Part shown: positions 1 to 8,593 of the stretch, piece after piece | How the letters are laid out: the number at the start of each line of letters is the position of its first letter | How positions within the stretch are numbered: position 1 is the stretch's first letter | Sequence record: NC_047815.1 | Strand: one strand, 5' to 3' | DNA length: 64,000 bases | Notes under the pieces: generated by a model | Told to the model about the DNA's origin: nothing | What the model saw: the letters and a program-made list of their open reading frames with translations, nothing else | Databases searched by the model: none | Program-made: the position numbers and the translations under genes

Positions 1-613
1 GCAACGTGATAACACTTACACCGTTCTTGATTGCTGTTTGTAAGGCGTTGCACATTGCAGTAGGCAGCGTTTGATTTGGTGCAGACAGCAGCAAGATAAC
101 ACCTGCAAACTGATGGAAGTAATGCTCGTTGCTGTCATAACCATAAGCACCACCCAGAACATCTGTGTAGATGTGAGGCAAGGTGTCAAGTCCACTGCGT
201 CGTAGATAAGCAGCAAGCTGTCCCCAACAGTTGTAGTTTGTCTGATCATCAACAGAGGCATAGTCAGACATAACAAGCCAAGAAAGTCCGTTAGCTGTGT
301 TAGCGTTGTATCTAATCTGCGTCATCAAGTGGCGCAAGCAACCGATATTGTTGTATGTTTTATTTTGATAGTCACCCACCCAGCCTTGTCCTGCTACAAC
401 AGCAATCGAACCAGCACGGGTGAATTGACCATTCATAAATACGGAGCCAAATCCGCAAATGTAACCAAGAGTATGGCCATCAATAACCATAGACGTAAAG
501 CGGCTGCTGTCTACGCCCATAGCATTTGCTTCTGCTTCTGTGCCGCCGCCTGGACTGCCTGTAAACACAGGCGTTATCCCGCGTGCATACAAGCTACTGT
601 TTCTGATTGTCAT
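1..613 (-). CDS. Hypothetical (probably virion) protein, 3' end truncated by window edge
   Basis: Manual translation: ATG at 611-613 after TAAGGA; MTIRNSSLYARGITPVFTG... stays open for 204 codons to the edge. Absent from the ORF track because it has no stop in the window. Confidence 0.75.
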   Translation of the reverse strand, partial: MTIRNSSLYARGITPVFTGSPGGGTEAEANAMGVDSSRFTSMVIDGHTLGYICGFGSVFMNGQFTRAGSIAVVAGQGWVGDYQNKTYNNIGCLRHLMTQIRYNANTANGLSWLVMSDYASVDDQTNYNCWGQLAAYLRRSGLDTLPHIYTDVLGGAYGYDSNEHYFHQFAGVILLLSAPNQTLPTAMCNALQTAIKNGVSVITL

Positions 614-625
614 TGTTGATCCTTA

Positions 626-646
626 AAGGGGAGAACAAGTCTCCCC
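626..646 (-). terminator. Hairpin / probable intrinsic terminator after the 673-aa gene
   Basis: Minus strand GGGGAGA-CTTGT-TCTCCCC-TTT directly after the stop codon. Confidence 0.55.
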
Positions 647-656
647 ACAAGAAGGC

Positions 657-2678
657 CTAACCAAATACGATGTTTGAAATTGCAAGATAGGTCACATCAT
701 TCGAGTTACCGCGATCTCCACCACCAAACGCGTACAGCCAAACTTCTTCGCCTGCTGGAATGTTGGTATCAAACGTAATTGTCTGCATGACGTTGGCGCT
801 GTTGTATACCCGCTGTGCAGCAGCCTCACCAGCATAACGCTCATAGATAGACATATCATGCCATGCTCCGTTGATACCATCAAACACCCACTGGAATGTG
901 ATCTGCTTGATAGGCTTGACGAAGCTGTTGTTGAACTTGAACCAGCCTTGAGAGCCACCCCAGAAGTTCATGTAGCTGCCATCCCACGCTTTGAGATTCG
1001 CTACACTGCCACTAACACCGCGACCATCAACTTGATCGAATGCGTAACAGAACCAAGGTAAATCATCAGCTATTGGCGGCTGTGCTGAACCTCCCTCAAT
1101 AACAACGCAACGATAAGGAACAAGGAAGTCGCTGACGTCAATCTTAGGCGGCTGCACAGGACAGTAAACAAAGTATTGCCAGTCACAACCAATAGCTGCC
1201 GTCACTCGCACCACGATGTTCTGACGCAGCACATGTTCGGGATACTTCCAGAACTCAAGCGTACCAGTAGAGTTAGCTCCAAGAATCTCTGTGTCAAGCA
1301 GGTTCATGCTCTGATCAAACACTTCAAACTTGGTAGCGAAGTTGCCACTGTTGACCTGAATCAAACCAGCACGAATATCTGTCTGCGCACCAAGTGCAAA
1401 GCAGTCTTCTGTAACAGGATGACCCATGCTGCTGACTGTATAGCTTTCACAAGGGTGTCTGTACTCACGCGCACCACGTTCGGACGGGCAGTACAGATTG
1501 TAGTAGTTCGACTGTAAACTAGTTGCTGAACCAAAATCCTTGCTGACTACACGAATCATCAGGTCATAGCAGTTACTGCCACGTGGGTCAAACAGGAAGT
1601 AGAGATAACCGTTTGCTGTTTGTGCGTCAAGCGTTGTAGCAATACGACGACCACTATGATAGACCTCAATAAAGTCATAGGTCTCCCACGATGTGAAGTC
1701 AAGATACATCCAACCAGCAACCGTACCGATATAGTGATAATACTCAAACGCATTAGCATCCTGTATGCGAGCAGCAATAGGATAAACAGATGCGTGACAC
1801 GGTGCTGGGAATACTGGAGTACCGATATAGTCAGGATGCACAACATCTGGGAAGTTGATAACATCATAACTAAGCTGACTGTCTAGTGCTAAATTACCAC
1901 GATCAGAGGTTACAACAAGGCGCGGCGGGAACACTTGCAGCGACCAGTGAGCACCAGCCTCTGTACGCACACGAACCATGATACGCATGTCATCAGCATC
2001 TGGATCGAACTGGAATTTGATACGACTACGACCAGCTACCTTACCGCAAGTTGATGCAACACGCACACCCATATGATACACGTCAACGCTCATGCCGCTA
2101 GCTACATAGGATGCGAACATTAGCTCGACATATCCCTCAACAGCAGGCATAGCAAACACAGTTTCTGTGATTACTGCGCCCCTGCCATGAACACTAGCAT
2201 ACGGTACATTCGGGTTAGCATAGGTACCAAGTCCAGTACGTGAGCTTGCTCCGACGGGATCGTATGACTCGAACGTTTTAATACCAGGACGATTGATAGC
2301 ACGACCAGTCGGCGGCGCGTAGTTATTGAGTAGACCAAAGCCAACACGTCCAGCATCAGGCAAGTCAAAGCCAGGAGGATATCCGATAAGCTGGTCATAC
2401 GTAGGGCCACCACTACCATCGCCAGTACCACTACCCTTAGTTGTTGAAGTAGGGCCACCGCCACACTCACCTGTTTCAAGGTTGAGACACGGATCATCAT
2501 ACGTCGGGTCATAGCTGTCATCAATATCATGCCAACGTTTACCGTACAGATTGCGCACGCTGAACTTGTCAGGCAACAGCGGTGCCCAATCTCCCTCTTG
2601 CGTGCGCACAAACATCGGAGTATCGACGCAATCGAGCCAGCCGTTATTGGCTTTATTTCTTACGCGAAAGCGTGCCAT
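657..2678 (-). CDS. Virion fibre/appendage-like protein with three internal beta-rich repeats
   Basis: 673 aa; AGGAG RBS; three ~90-aa repeats (VDVYHMGVRVAST / IEVYHSGRRIATT / FEVFDQSMNLLDT); lies in the fibre cluster. Confidence 0.55.
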   Translation of the reverse strand: MARFRVRNKANNGWLDCVDTPMFVRTQEGDWAPLLPDKFSVRNLYGKRWHDIDDSYDPTYDDPCLNLETGECGGGPTSTTKGSGTGDGSGGPTYDQLIGYPPGFDLPDAGRVGFGLLNNYAPPTGRAINRPGIKTFESYDPVGASSRTGLGTYANPNVPYASVHGRGAVITETVFAMPAVEGYVELMFASYVASGMSVDVYHMGVRVASTCGKVAGRSRIKFQFDPDADDMRIMVRVRTEAGAHWSLQVFPPRLVVTSDRGNLALDSQLSYDVINFPDVVHPDYIGTPVFPAPCHASVYPIAARIQDANAFEYYHYIGTVAGWMYLDFTSWETYDFIEVYHSGRRIATTLDAQTANGYLYFLFDPRGSNCYDLMIRVVSKDFGSATSLQSNYYNLYCPSERGAREYRHPCESYTVSSMGHPVTEDCFALGAQTDIRAGLIQVNSGNFATKFEVFDQSMNLLDTEILGANSTGTLEFWKYPEHVLRQNIVVRVTAAIGCDWQYFVYCPVQPPKIDVSDFLVPYRCVVIEGGSAQPPIADDLPWFCYAFDQVDGRGVSGSVANLKAWDGSYMNFWGGSQGWFKFNNSFVKPIKQITFQWVFDGINGAWHDMSIYERYAGEAAAQRVYNSANVMQTITFDTNIPAGEEVWLYAFGGGDRGNSNDVTYLAISNIVFG

Positions 2679-2687
2679 GCTAGCTCC

Positions 2688-3545
2688 TTATAAATACGAA
2701 CGGACAACCGATGCAAGCACAGGCCGTCCTAAATGTTTCGATAAGGATTTGGCATACGCTTGCGCAAATTCTTTCTTTGAATCGAAGCGGTGCTTGTGCA
2801 TTTTGAAGTTCTTCCTCAAAGTTTTAGCATCAACGCCAGTGTTGTTTACGTTAAGTTTGCAGAACGGTGCATTGACGTGCTTCCATCCGCTTTTAGCCGC
2901 ACCATATAGAGCATTATCACTCATGTTTAGCCCATGCTTTTCAGCAAACGTCATGATATGGGTTTTGAGCCGAATAGATCCGTCATAAGACACACGCATC
3001 TTTACCACAAGATCATCAGTCAGCTTAGCAGTATGTGTACGCACGCCATTCACACCACTACCGTTTTTCCACATATCCTTATTATTATCGGCGTCTGTGC
3101 CCCAAGCAAGATTCTCAAAACGATTATCCCAAGGAATATCATTCAAATGACGGACGAGGCGACAGCCAGCAGGGCAAGGCGGTCCGAATGTTTCGAGTAC
3201 GAGTCGATGCACACGAACTTTATGCCTTACACCGGAAGTGTCAGTTACGTGAAACTTCTGATATCCTTTAGTGCTGAACTGCATCAGGAAGTTCTTTGTG
3301 TATGACCAAACACGGCCATCGCGATACACAGCATATCGCACACCATAACAGTCCACATCAACATAGTCACCTTTTGGTGGCGCAATGTCTTTGCACTTCT
3401 CACCCTTCAAAATCTTTCTGCAATAAGGCAGTGCGATTTCATACTTCTTGGCAAGAGCTGTCATCGTATCGAACTTACCTGAAACCCAATCTGAACGAAT
3501 GCGCTGCGCTCTGTCAAATGCTTCGGCTGTTGTTAATCTGGTCAT
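2688..3545 (-). mobile_element. Free-standing HNH homing endonuclease (NUMOD4/HNH_3 type)
   Basis: YAVYRDGRVWS...VHRLVLETF...VRHLNDIPWDNRFENLAWGT..DN is the typical phage HNH signature. Confidence 0.85.
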
Positions 3546-3575
3546 GGCAATCTCAACTATAGGAGCAATGTGGGT

Positions 3576-3581
3576 AAATTA
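3576..3581 (-). promoter_or_regulatory. TAATTT candidate late-promoter element (HNH gene)
   Basis: 31 nt upstream of the start; one of nine similarly placed copies. Confidence 0.5.
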
Positions 3582-3616
3582 CTAAATGCGTACCCAAACT
3601 GCCCCTTAAATTAAAA

Positions 3617-4105
3617 TTATGCCCTCACCCAAATTGCACCTGCGCTGACGGTCTGTGTGAGTGATGGATCATCTGCTTGAACATACACTTCTAACACTCC
3701 ACTTGCGCCAGTAGGTCCAGTAGCACCAGTGTTGCCTGTAGGACCAATCCAACCACGAATACCCTGAATACCCTGCTTGCCTTTATCGCCTTCACGACCA
3801 CGAGCACCTGGACAGCCATCAGTGCCTCGACGACCATCAGTACCCATCAGACCGTTGATACCGTCTGAGCCATCAGAGCCAGGGATACCTGCTGGGCCAT
3901 AGCCAATATCGTTAACAGTAGGCAGTCCATTGATAACTAGCTTACCAACGTTTGGGATGTTGATAGAAAGCTGGCCATTCTGTCTGTCAAATACTCCATC
4001 AAGCGTATCAGTAGACAGCGTGCGTACTGATAGTCCTGTTTCTTGGGAAACGACTTCACCTGTTGAGTCGGCTTTAATCATTCCCACATCAATTTTTTGT
4101 ACCAT
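3617..4105 (-). CDS. Collagen-like (Gly-X-Y) fibre protein C
   Basis: 162 aa with 22-23 uninterrupted GXY triplets. Confidence 0.85.
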   Translation of the reverse strand: MVQKIDVGMIKADSTGEVVSQETGLSVRTLSTDTLDGVFDRQNGQLSINIPNVGKLVINGLPTVNDIGYGPAGIPGSDGSDGINGLMGTDGRRGTDGCPGARGREGDKGKQGIQGIRGWIGPTGNTGATGPTGASGVLEVYVQADDPSLTQTVSAGAIWVRA

Positions 4106-4118
4106 AACCTTTTACCTC

Positions 4119-4748
4119 TTACGGCCAGACGGCACCTTGATCTACATTTGGGTTAACCCAGATCGTCCCGACCTCTACCGCCCCTGGATTTGTAGTTGAA
4201 ACGATAATCCTTACGCGACCTGCAGGACCCGCAGCGCCAGTTGGGCCAGTAGGTCCCGTTGCACCAGTTGCACCAGTTGGGCCAGTACCGCCACGAGGAC
4301 CAGTAGGGCCTACGTTGCCATCAGGGCCAGTAGGGCCAGGCTCCCCACGTTGCCCTTGTTCTCCAGGCAGTCCGGGACGACCATCTTTACCAGCTAGACC
4401 CTGATTGCCATCTGGACCCTGAGCACCAGTACAGCCAGCAGCACCAGCAGCACCGTCGCGTCCGTCACGCCCATCTTTACCGTCAGCACCTGTAGCACCA
4501 CGAGCACCTTGACGACCTACTGGAATATCGCTTGCTGTTGGAAAGCCCGAAACACGTACAGACTCACCGTTAGCAAACGTTAGAGTCATGATACCGCTTG
4601 TTGAATCATAGCTACCGCTAGAGATTTCAGCAGCAGCCGTAGATTCCGCAGTAGACACAACCAACTTGCCGGCCTGTGCTCGCAACGTGGCATTCTCAAG
4701 CGAAGTGCCAGCAGCAATCAGACCGCTTTTAACTTGAACTAATGGCAT
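4119..4748 (-). CDS. Collagen-like (Gly-X-Y) fibre protein B
   Basis: 209 aa with 33-34 uninterrupted GXY triplets. Confidence 0.85.
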   Translation of the reverse strand: MPLVQVKSGLIAAGTSLENATLRAQAGKLVVSTAESTAAAEISSGSYDSTSGIMTLTFANGESVRVSGFPTASDIPVGRQGARGATGADGKDGRDGRDGAAGAAGCTGAQGPDGNQGLAGKDGRPGLPGEQGQRGEPGPTGPDGNVGPTGPRGGTGPTGATGATGPTGPTGAAGPAGRVRIIVSTTNPGAVEVGTIWVNPNVDQGAVWP

Positions 4749-6182
4749 TTACGTTTTCTCCGCTTGCGCAACGATATCCGTATTATGTACCAGAACGTCA
4801 CCAACGTAATAACAATCATAAGGCTCAACGTCTATGTCAACTGTCATGACCTGCTCATAGATGCGCTCGACTTCGTACACAAGAACAGGGCCTTTACGCC
4901 CAGCAACCTTCATGCCTCGACGAACATCACGCGCTGGTACATATCGCCACACAGTGTCGTTTACCAGTATTGGATGCTCATGCGTGAATCGCTGACCGTT
5001 GATCAAGTAGTAGTGGTCTTCTTGACCGTAGCGCAAGGCACGCACAGCAGCATGTTCGTTGTGACCACGCAGCGATTTGCTTGTGTAGTCACGGAACTCT
5101 TTGGGCTGTTCTGTACGAGCAAGCAAGCTATCACCTACTACAAGTTCTTCGACACGACGATCACCCAGCACGGTCTCAACTACGGAGCCGAACACGATAC
5201 AGCCAGATTGAACACCTTGAGGGTTACGTGCAACAAAGGTGATTGTGGCAGTAGCAGTAGCTGTGGGGCGACTTGTTTGACCTAGGTCAGTTACAACACA
5301 GGTAATCTTGCCTGTAAGTATCTTCTCAGAACCAGGTTCAACACGACCATCAAACTTAATCTGAACCGTGCTGGTGGTGTCATCTGCAATAGAGATATTC
5401 TCCATCTTGCTGATTGACCACTTGTACTTGTAGCCACCACGACCGCCACGCACGTTGACAGGCAAGTAAGCTAGGGCATTAAACAAGTCACTTCCCTGCA
5501 CCGATCGCTGTCCAACCATACTGACGTTTGAAGCACTAGCACTCAGTGTTTGAATCGTAGGCAGTGCAGGAGCAGGAGTACCTGCCGCTGTTGGATAAAG
5601 CCACGCAAACACACGACTGTCTGTTGGAACAACTGTTGATACTACGGCTGTTTCAATAGGAGCGGGCCCAGTAGGACCCGTTGCACCAGCAATACAGCTC
5701 GGACCATCATTGCCCCGTGGCCCTAAAGGACCAGTAGTGCCAGTAGCACCAGTCGGGCCTTTTCGTCCTACGGGGCCGGGATAACCAGGATAACCAGGCG
5801 GTCCTTGCTCACCATCTTCACCATCTGTACCATCTGTACCATCGAGACCCCGATTGCCAGAACCGCCTTCGCAGCCACTGACACCAGTTTCTCCGTCACG
5901 ACCATCACGTCCGTCACGACCAGTAGCGCCCGGCGCTCCTCGCTGACCGGGCTTACCTTCACCAAAGCTCGCTATAGTAGGTAGGCCACTGACTTCGACA
6001 ACTTCACCGTTCAGTTTGATGAACGTCAACACGCCGTTAGCACTAGAAAACTTTATCTTGGCTATCTGCGTTTGTGTCTGCAAGTCAGTGGTTTCAAACT
6101 GTAGCGTACCATCTGATGCAATGGCTTCTTTACCACTATCGTTAACATCTGTTGAGATCTGAGTGATACTCAAAGTTGTCAT
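4749..6182 (-). CDS. Collagen-like fibre protein A with Ig-like domain and C-terminal Hint (intein-like) domain
   Basis: 33 GXY triplets, a beta-sandwich-like segment, then C328-IVFGSVV...THEHP...VLVHN467-T. Confidence 0.85.
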   Translation of the reverse strand: MTTLSITQISTDVNDSGKEAIASDGTLQFETTDLQTQTQIAKIKFSSANGVLTFIKLNGEVVEVSGLPTIASFGEGKPGQRGAPGATGRDGRDGRDGETGVSGCEGGSGNRGLDGTDGTDGEDGEQGPPGYPGYPGPVGRKGPTGATGTTGPLGPRGNDGPSCIAGATGPTGPAPIETAVVSTVVPTDSRVFAWLYPTAAGTPAPALPTIQTLSASASNVSMVGQRSVQGSDLFNALAYLPVNVRGGRGGYKYKWSISKMENISIADDTTSTVQIKFDGRVEPGSEKILTGKITCVVTDLGQTSRPTATATATITFVARNPQGVQSGCIVFGSVVETVLGDRRVEELVVGDSLLARTEQPKEFRDYTSKSLRGHNEHAAVRALRYGQEDHYYLINGQRFTHEHPILVNDTVWRYVPARDVRRGMKVAGRKGPVLVYEVERIYEQVMTVDIDVEPYDCYYVGDVLVHNTDIVAQAEKT

Positions 6183-8506
6183 CTAGGCTCGACCTTAATG
6201 CATAGATTACCAATCAGTTTGCTGCTGTAGGCACTAACCTGACTGTCGGTCACGCGAACCTTAGCAACGATTTCAACGTAACCTTGAGGCTGGTTCTCAA
6301 TCGTGATGTTGAACATCTGCGTCAGGCTGGCGTTAGCGTAGGCGATAGCTTCTGTGCCGTTAGTATCAACAACATTGAAACCCGCTGAACCTGTACCTTT
6401 AAGACCACGAGCGTATGCTGCTTCTGGACTGCCTGGCGTCTTGACACCAACAACAAACTCAATGTGTTCTTTACCGCTTGTGACAGCAAAGCCAGGACCG
6501 AGTTGACACGCAAAGTCAGCACTAGCAGTAATGATAAGTTCTTTCTTGAACTCAATGCGCTGCGTGATAACCAGTTCTTCTGTGTCTTGTTCAACGTTCT
6601 GAATGTTGTACACAGCTTTAGGGTCAACGGATGCCGCTTCTGCTTGCGTGTTAACGATTGTTACTTCGGGCCACACACCGTCAATACGAATGCCTTTACC
6701 TTGAATCATAGTAGGAACAGGCATAGGCACAACAACAGGTGTTTGTCCTTGACGCTTGAACATGTAACCGTTAGGAGTAGGCACAACGTCAATGATAACG
6801 CCATCAATCGAACTCTCTTTTGAGCCAACTGATTTAACGTTTTCAAACACTGTGATTTCAACTAAGGTATTCGCCTCAATAGGAGTGCTCAGTTTCAGCG
6901 TGTTGGTAACAAGACTGAACTCGCTGTAGTGGGCAACAACACCGCCAACGTTCACAACACAGTATGCTTTACTTACTGGTGTGATTGGCAGAATAAACGT
7001 GTCTTGCTGGAACGGGAAGGTATACTGTGCAACACGAATGCGTGTAGACCAGCCTTGACGTTCTTCATAGCGAGCACAATACAGGCTGACACCAATACCA
7101 CTTGGAATAGATTCAACAAAAGCAAGGCTGTTGCCGTTGTTGATCTTGTAGCTGATTGATGGCTGCCACGTATTACCAACAATGGCAAACACGTGGTCTG
7201 CTGAATCAACAGCCGTTCCGAGATTGAATGTATCAGTCTGACCATCACCGATAGTGTCGATAACGTCAAACAGTACAACGTGTCCCTGAGTTGGTTCAAG
7301 ACGGAACTGACGCAGGTCAAGTGTGATTGATTCAGGCACACTACCACTAAGCTGCATCGATGTGCCTTGCGCCAGATAAGCAGTGCGAGGCTGCAAGATA
7401 CCACTAGTACCAACAAACAGGTCAGTAGCACTGTCAACGTCTTCCGTTAAAGCATACACAAGCTGCTCAGGTACTGCCGTTGTTACAACAGACGAGAACT
7501 GCAACTTGCCTGGAGGCGTAAACAGCGTAGCAGTCGATTGACGTGCGCTGCTTGAATTCGGAGCCCAATAAGGTTCGTCATTTTCACCGCGACACAGCAT
7601 CCACTCTGTTGGAACATCGTTGTTGAGCGGCCACGGAATACCTGGTGTTGGTGTAATAGGATTCGTGATACGCTGCCAAACAGCAACAGTTGTCTGGGCA
7701 CTAATGAAAGGAATAGCTTGTCCTTGATTAACAAGCTGACCTGTCTTGTCGTATTTGAAATGACGACATGCGCCAGCACCAGGACCGCTTACCGTTTGAA
7801 CGATAACTGTCTCACCCTGTTTCAGACTGAGGTTAGCAATCTTAAACGTGTTGGCATTGATGAAAGCAGTACCCAGCAGATCAGCATACACTCGGTCGTG
7901 CTCACTGAAAGCCCAGTAATATCCACCAGCACCATAGCGTGACGCTGTGCCTGGACTTGATGTACCGTCTGAGTTCGTGTGCAGGTCAAGAACCGATACA
8001 ACGTTGAACTGGTTGTCATTCAGGGACGGGAGATTATCAAGCGTGGCCACACTTGGTACGGTTGCATAGTCATACATTTCAACAGCAAGAATCTTTTGAA
8101 TATCTTGCTGAATGTGAACCAAAAGGCTGATGCGCGTTACAGCATTAGGTACGGCAATAATAGGCTCATTAAGCACAACATGCCCAAAGGCACGATTGTC
8201 TTTGAGCAAAATGAGGATTTCACCGATTTGTTTTAAGTCGTCGCCTGCGTTGAACGTAAGTTTTACGTCAAAGATGAAGCGGGCACTGTTTTCTGTCAGC
8301 ACTTGCACATAGCTCAGTTTGCCTGATGCAAGTTCATTACCAAGTAACTGTTCAGGTACGTCGCTGGGTTCTGCTCCAACGAAATCGCCAACCTTAAAAG
8401 CTACTGGCTGGACAGCAATACCTCCACTATTAGCATCGGCAACGGCCTGCTCACCTTGTGATGTAAGTCTTAGCGCATCAACATAGATAGAGGATGTGGC
8501 AGCCAT
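6179..8506 (-). CDS. Baseplate/tail-fibre attachment protein
   Basis: 775 aa; N-terminus resembles tail-collar/fibre proteins; three GDGxTxxFxL-type wedge repeats; follows the wedge genes. Confidence 0.55.
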   Translation of the reverse strand: MAATSSIYVDALRLTSQGEQAVADANSGGIAVQPVAFKVGDFVGAEPSDVPEQLLGNELASGKLSYVQVLTENSARFIFDVKLTFNAGDDLKQIGEILILLKDNRAFGHVVLNEPIIAVPNAVTRISLLVHIQQDIQKILAVEMYDYATVPSVATLDNLPSLNDNQFNVVSVLDLHTNSDGTSSPGTASRYGAGGYYWAFSEHDRVYADLLGTAFINANTFKIANLSLKQGETVIVQTVSGPGAGACRHFKYDKTGQLVNQGQAIPFISAQTTVAVWQRITNPITPTPGIPWPLNNDVPTEWMLCRGENDEPYWAPNSSSARQSTATLFTPPGKLQFSSVVTTAVPEQLVYALTEDVDSATDLFVGTSGILQPRTAYLAQGTSMQLSGSVPESITLDLRQFRLEPTQGHVVLFDVIDTIGDGQTDTFNLGTAVDSADHVFAIVGNTWQPSISYKINNGNSLAFVESIPSGIGVSLYCARYEERQGWSTRIRVAQYTFPFQQDTFILPITPVSKAYCVVNVGGVVAHYSEFSLVTNTLKLSTPIEANTLVEITVFENVKSVGSKESSIDGVIIDVVPTPNGYMFKRQGQTPVVVPMPVPTMIQGKGIRIDGVWPEVTIVNTQAEAASVDPKAVYNIQNVEQDTEELVITQRIEFKKELIITASADFACQLGPGFAVTSGKEHIEFVVGVKTPGSPEAAYARGLKGTGSAGFNVVDTNGTEAIAYANASLTQMFNITIENQPQGYVEIVAKVRVTDSQVSAYSSKLIGNLCIKVEPR

Positions 8507-8534
8507 TTTAAACTCCTGTTAGATTAACACTAAG

Positions 8535-8542
8535 AAATTAGC
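8535..8542 (-). promoter_or_regulatory. GCTAATTT candidate late-promoter element
   Basis: 29 nt upstream of the start at 8506. Confidence 0.55.
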
Positions 8543-8550
8543 AACAAATG

Positions 8551-8591
8551 AAAAAGGGCCCTAGGAACATCGCGCTCCCAGAACCCTTTTT
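8551..8591 (-). terminator. Intrinsic terminator (possibly bidirectional)
   Basis: AAAAAGGG-TT-CTGGGA...TCCTAG-GG-CCCTTTTT on the minus strand, just after the 1509-aa gene. Confidence 0.7.
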
Positions 8592-8593
8592 GT

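Noticed and set aside
16-276. 86-aa minus-strand ORF in the track
   Set aside because: Out-of-frame overlap with the real open frame that starts at 613.
2688-3545. HNH gene as part of a group I intron
   Set aside because: Flanking genes have their own starts and stops, the intergenic spaces are too short, and no P/Q/R/S core was seen.
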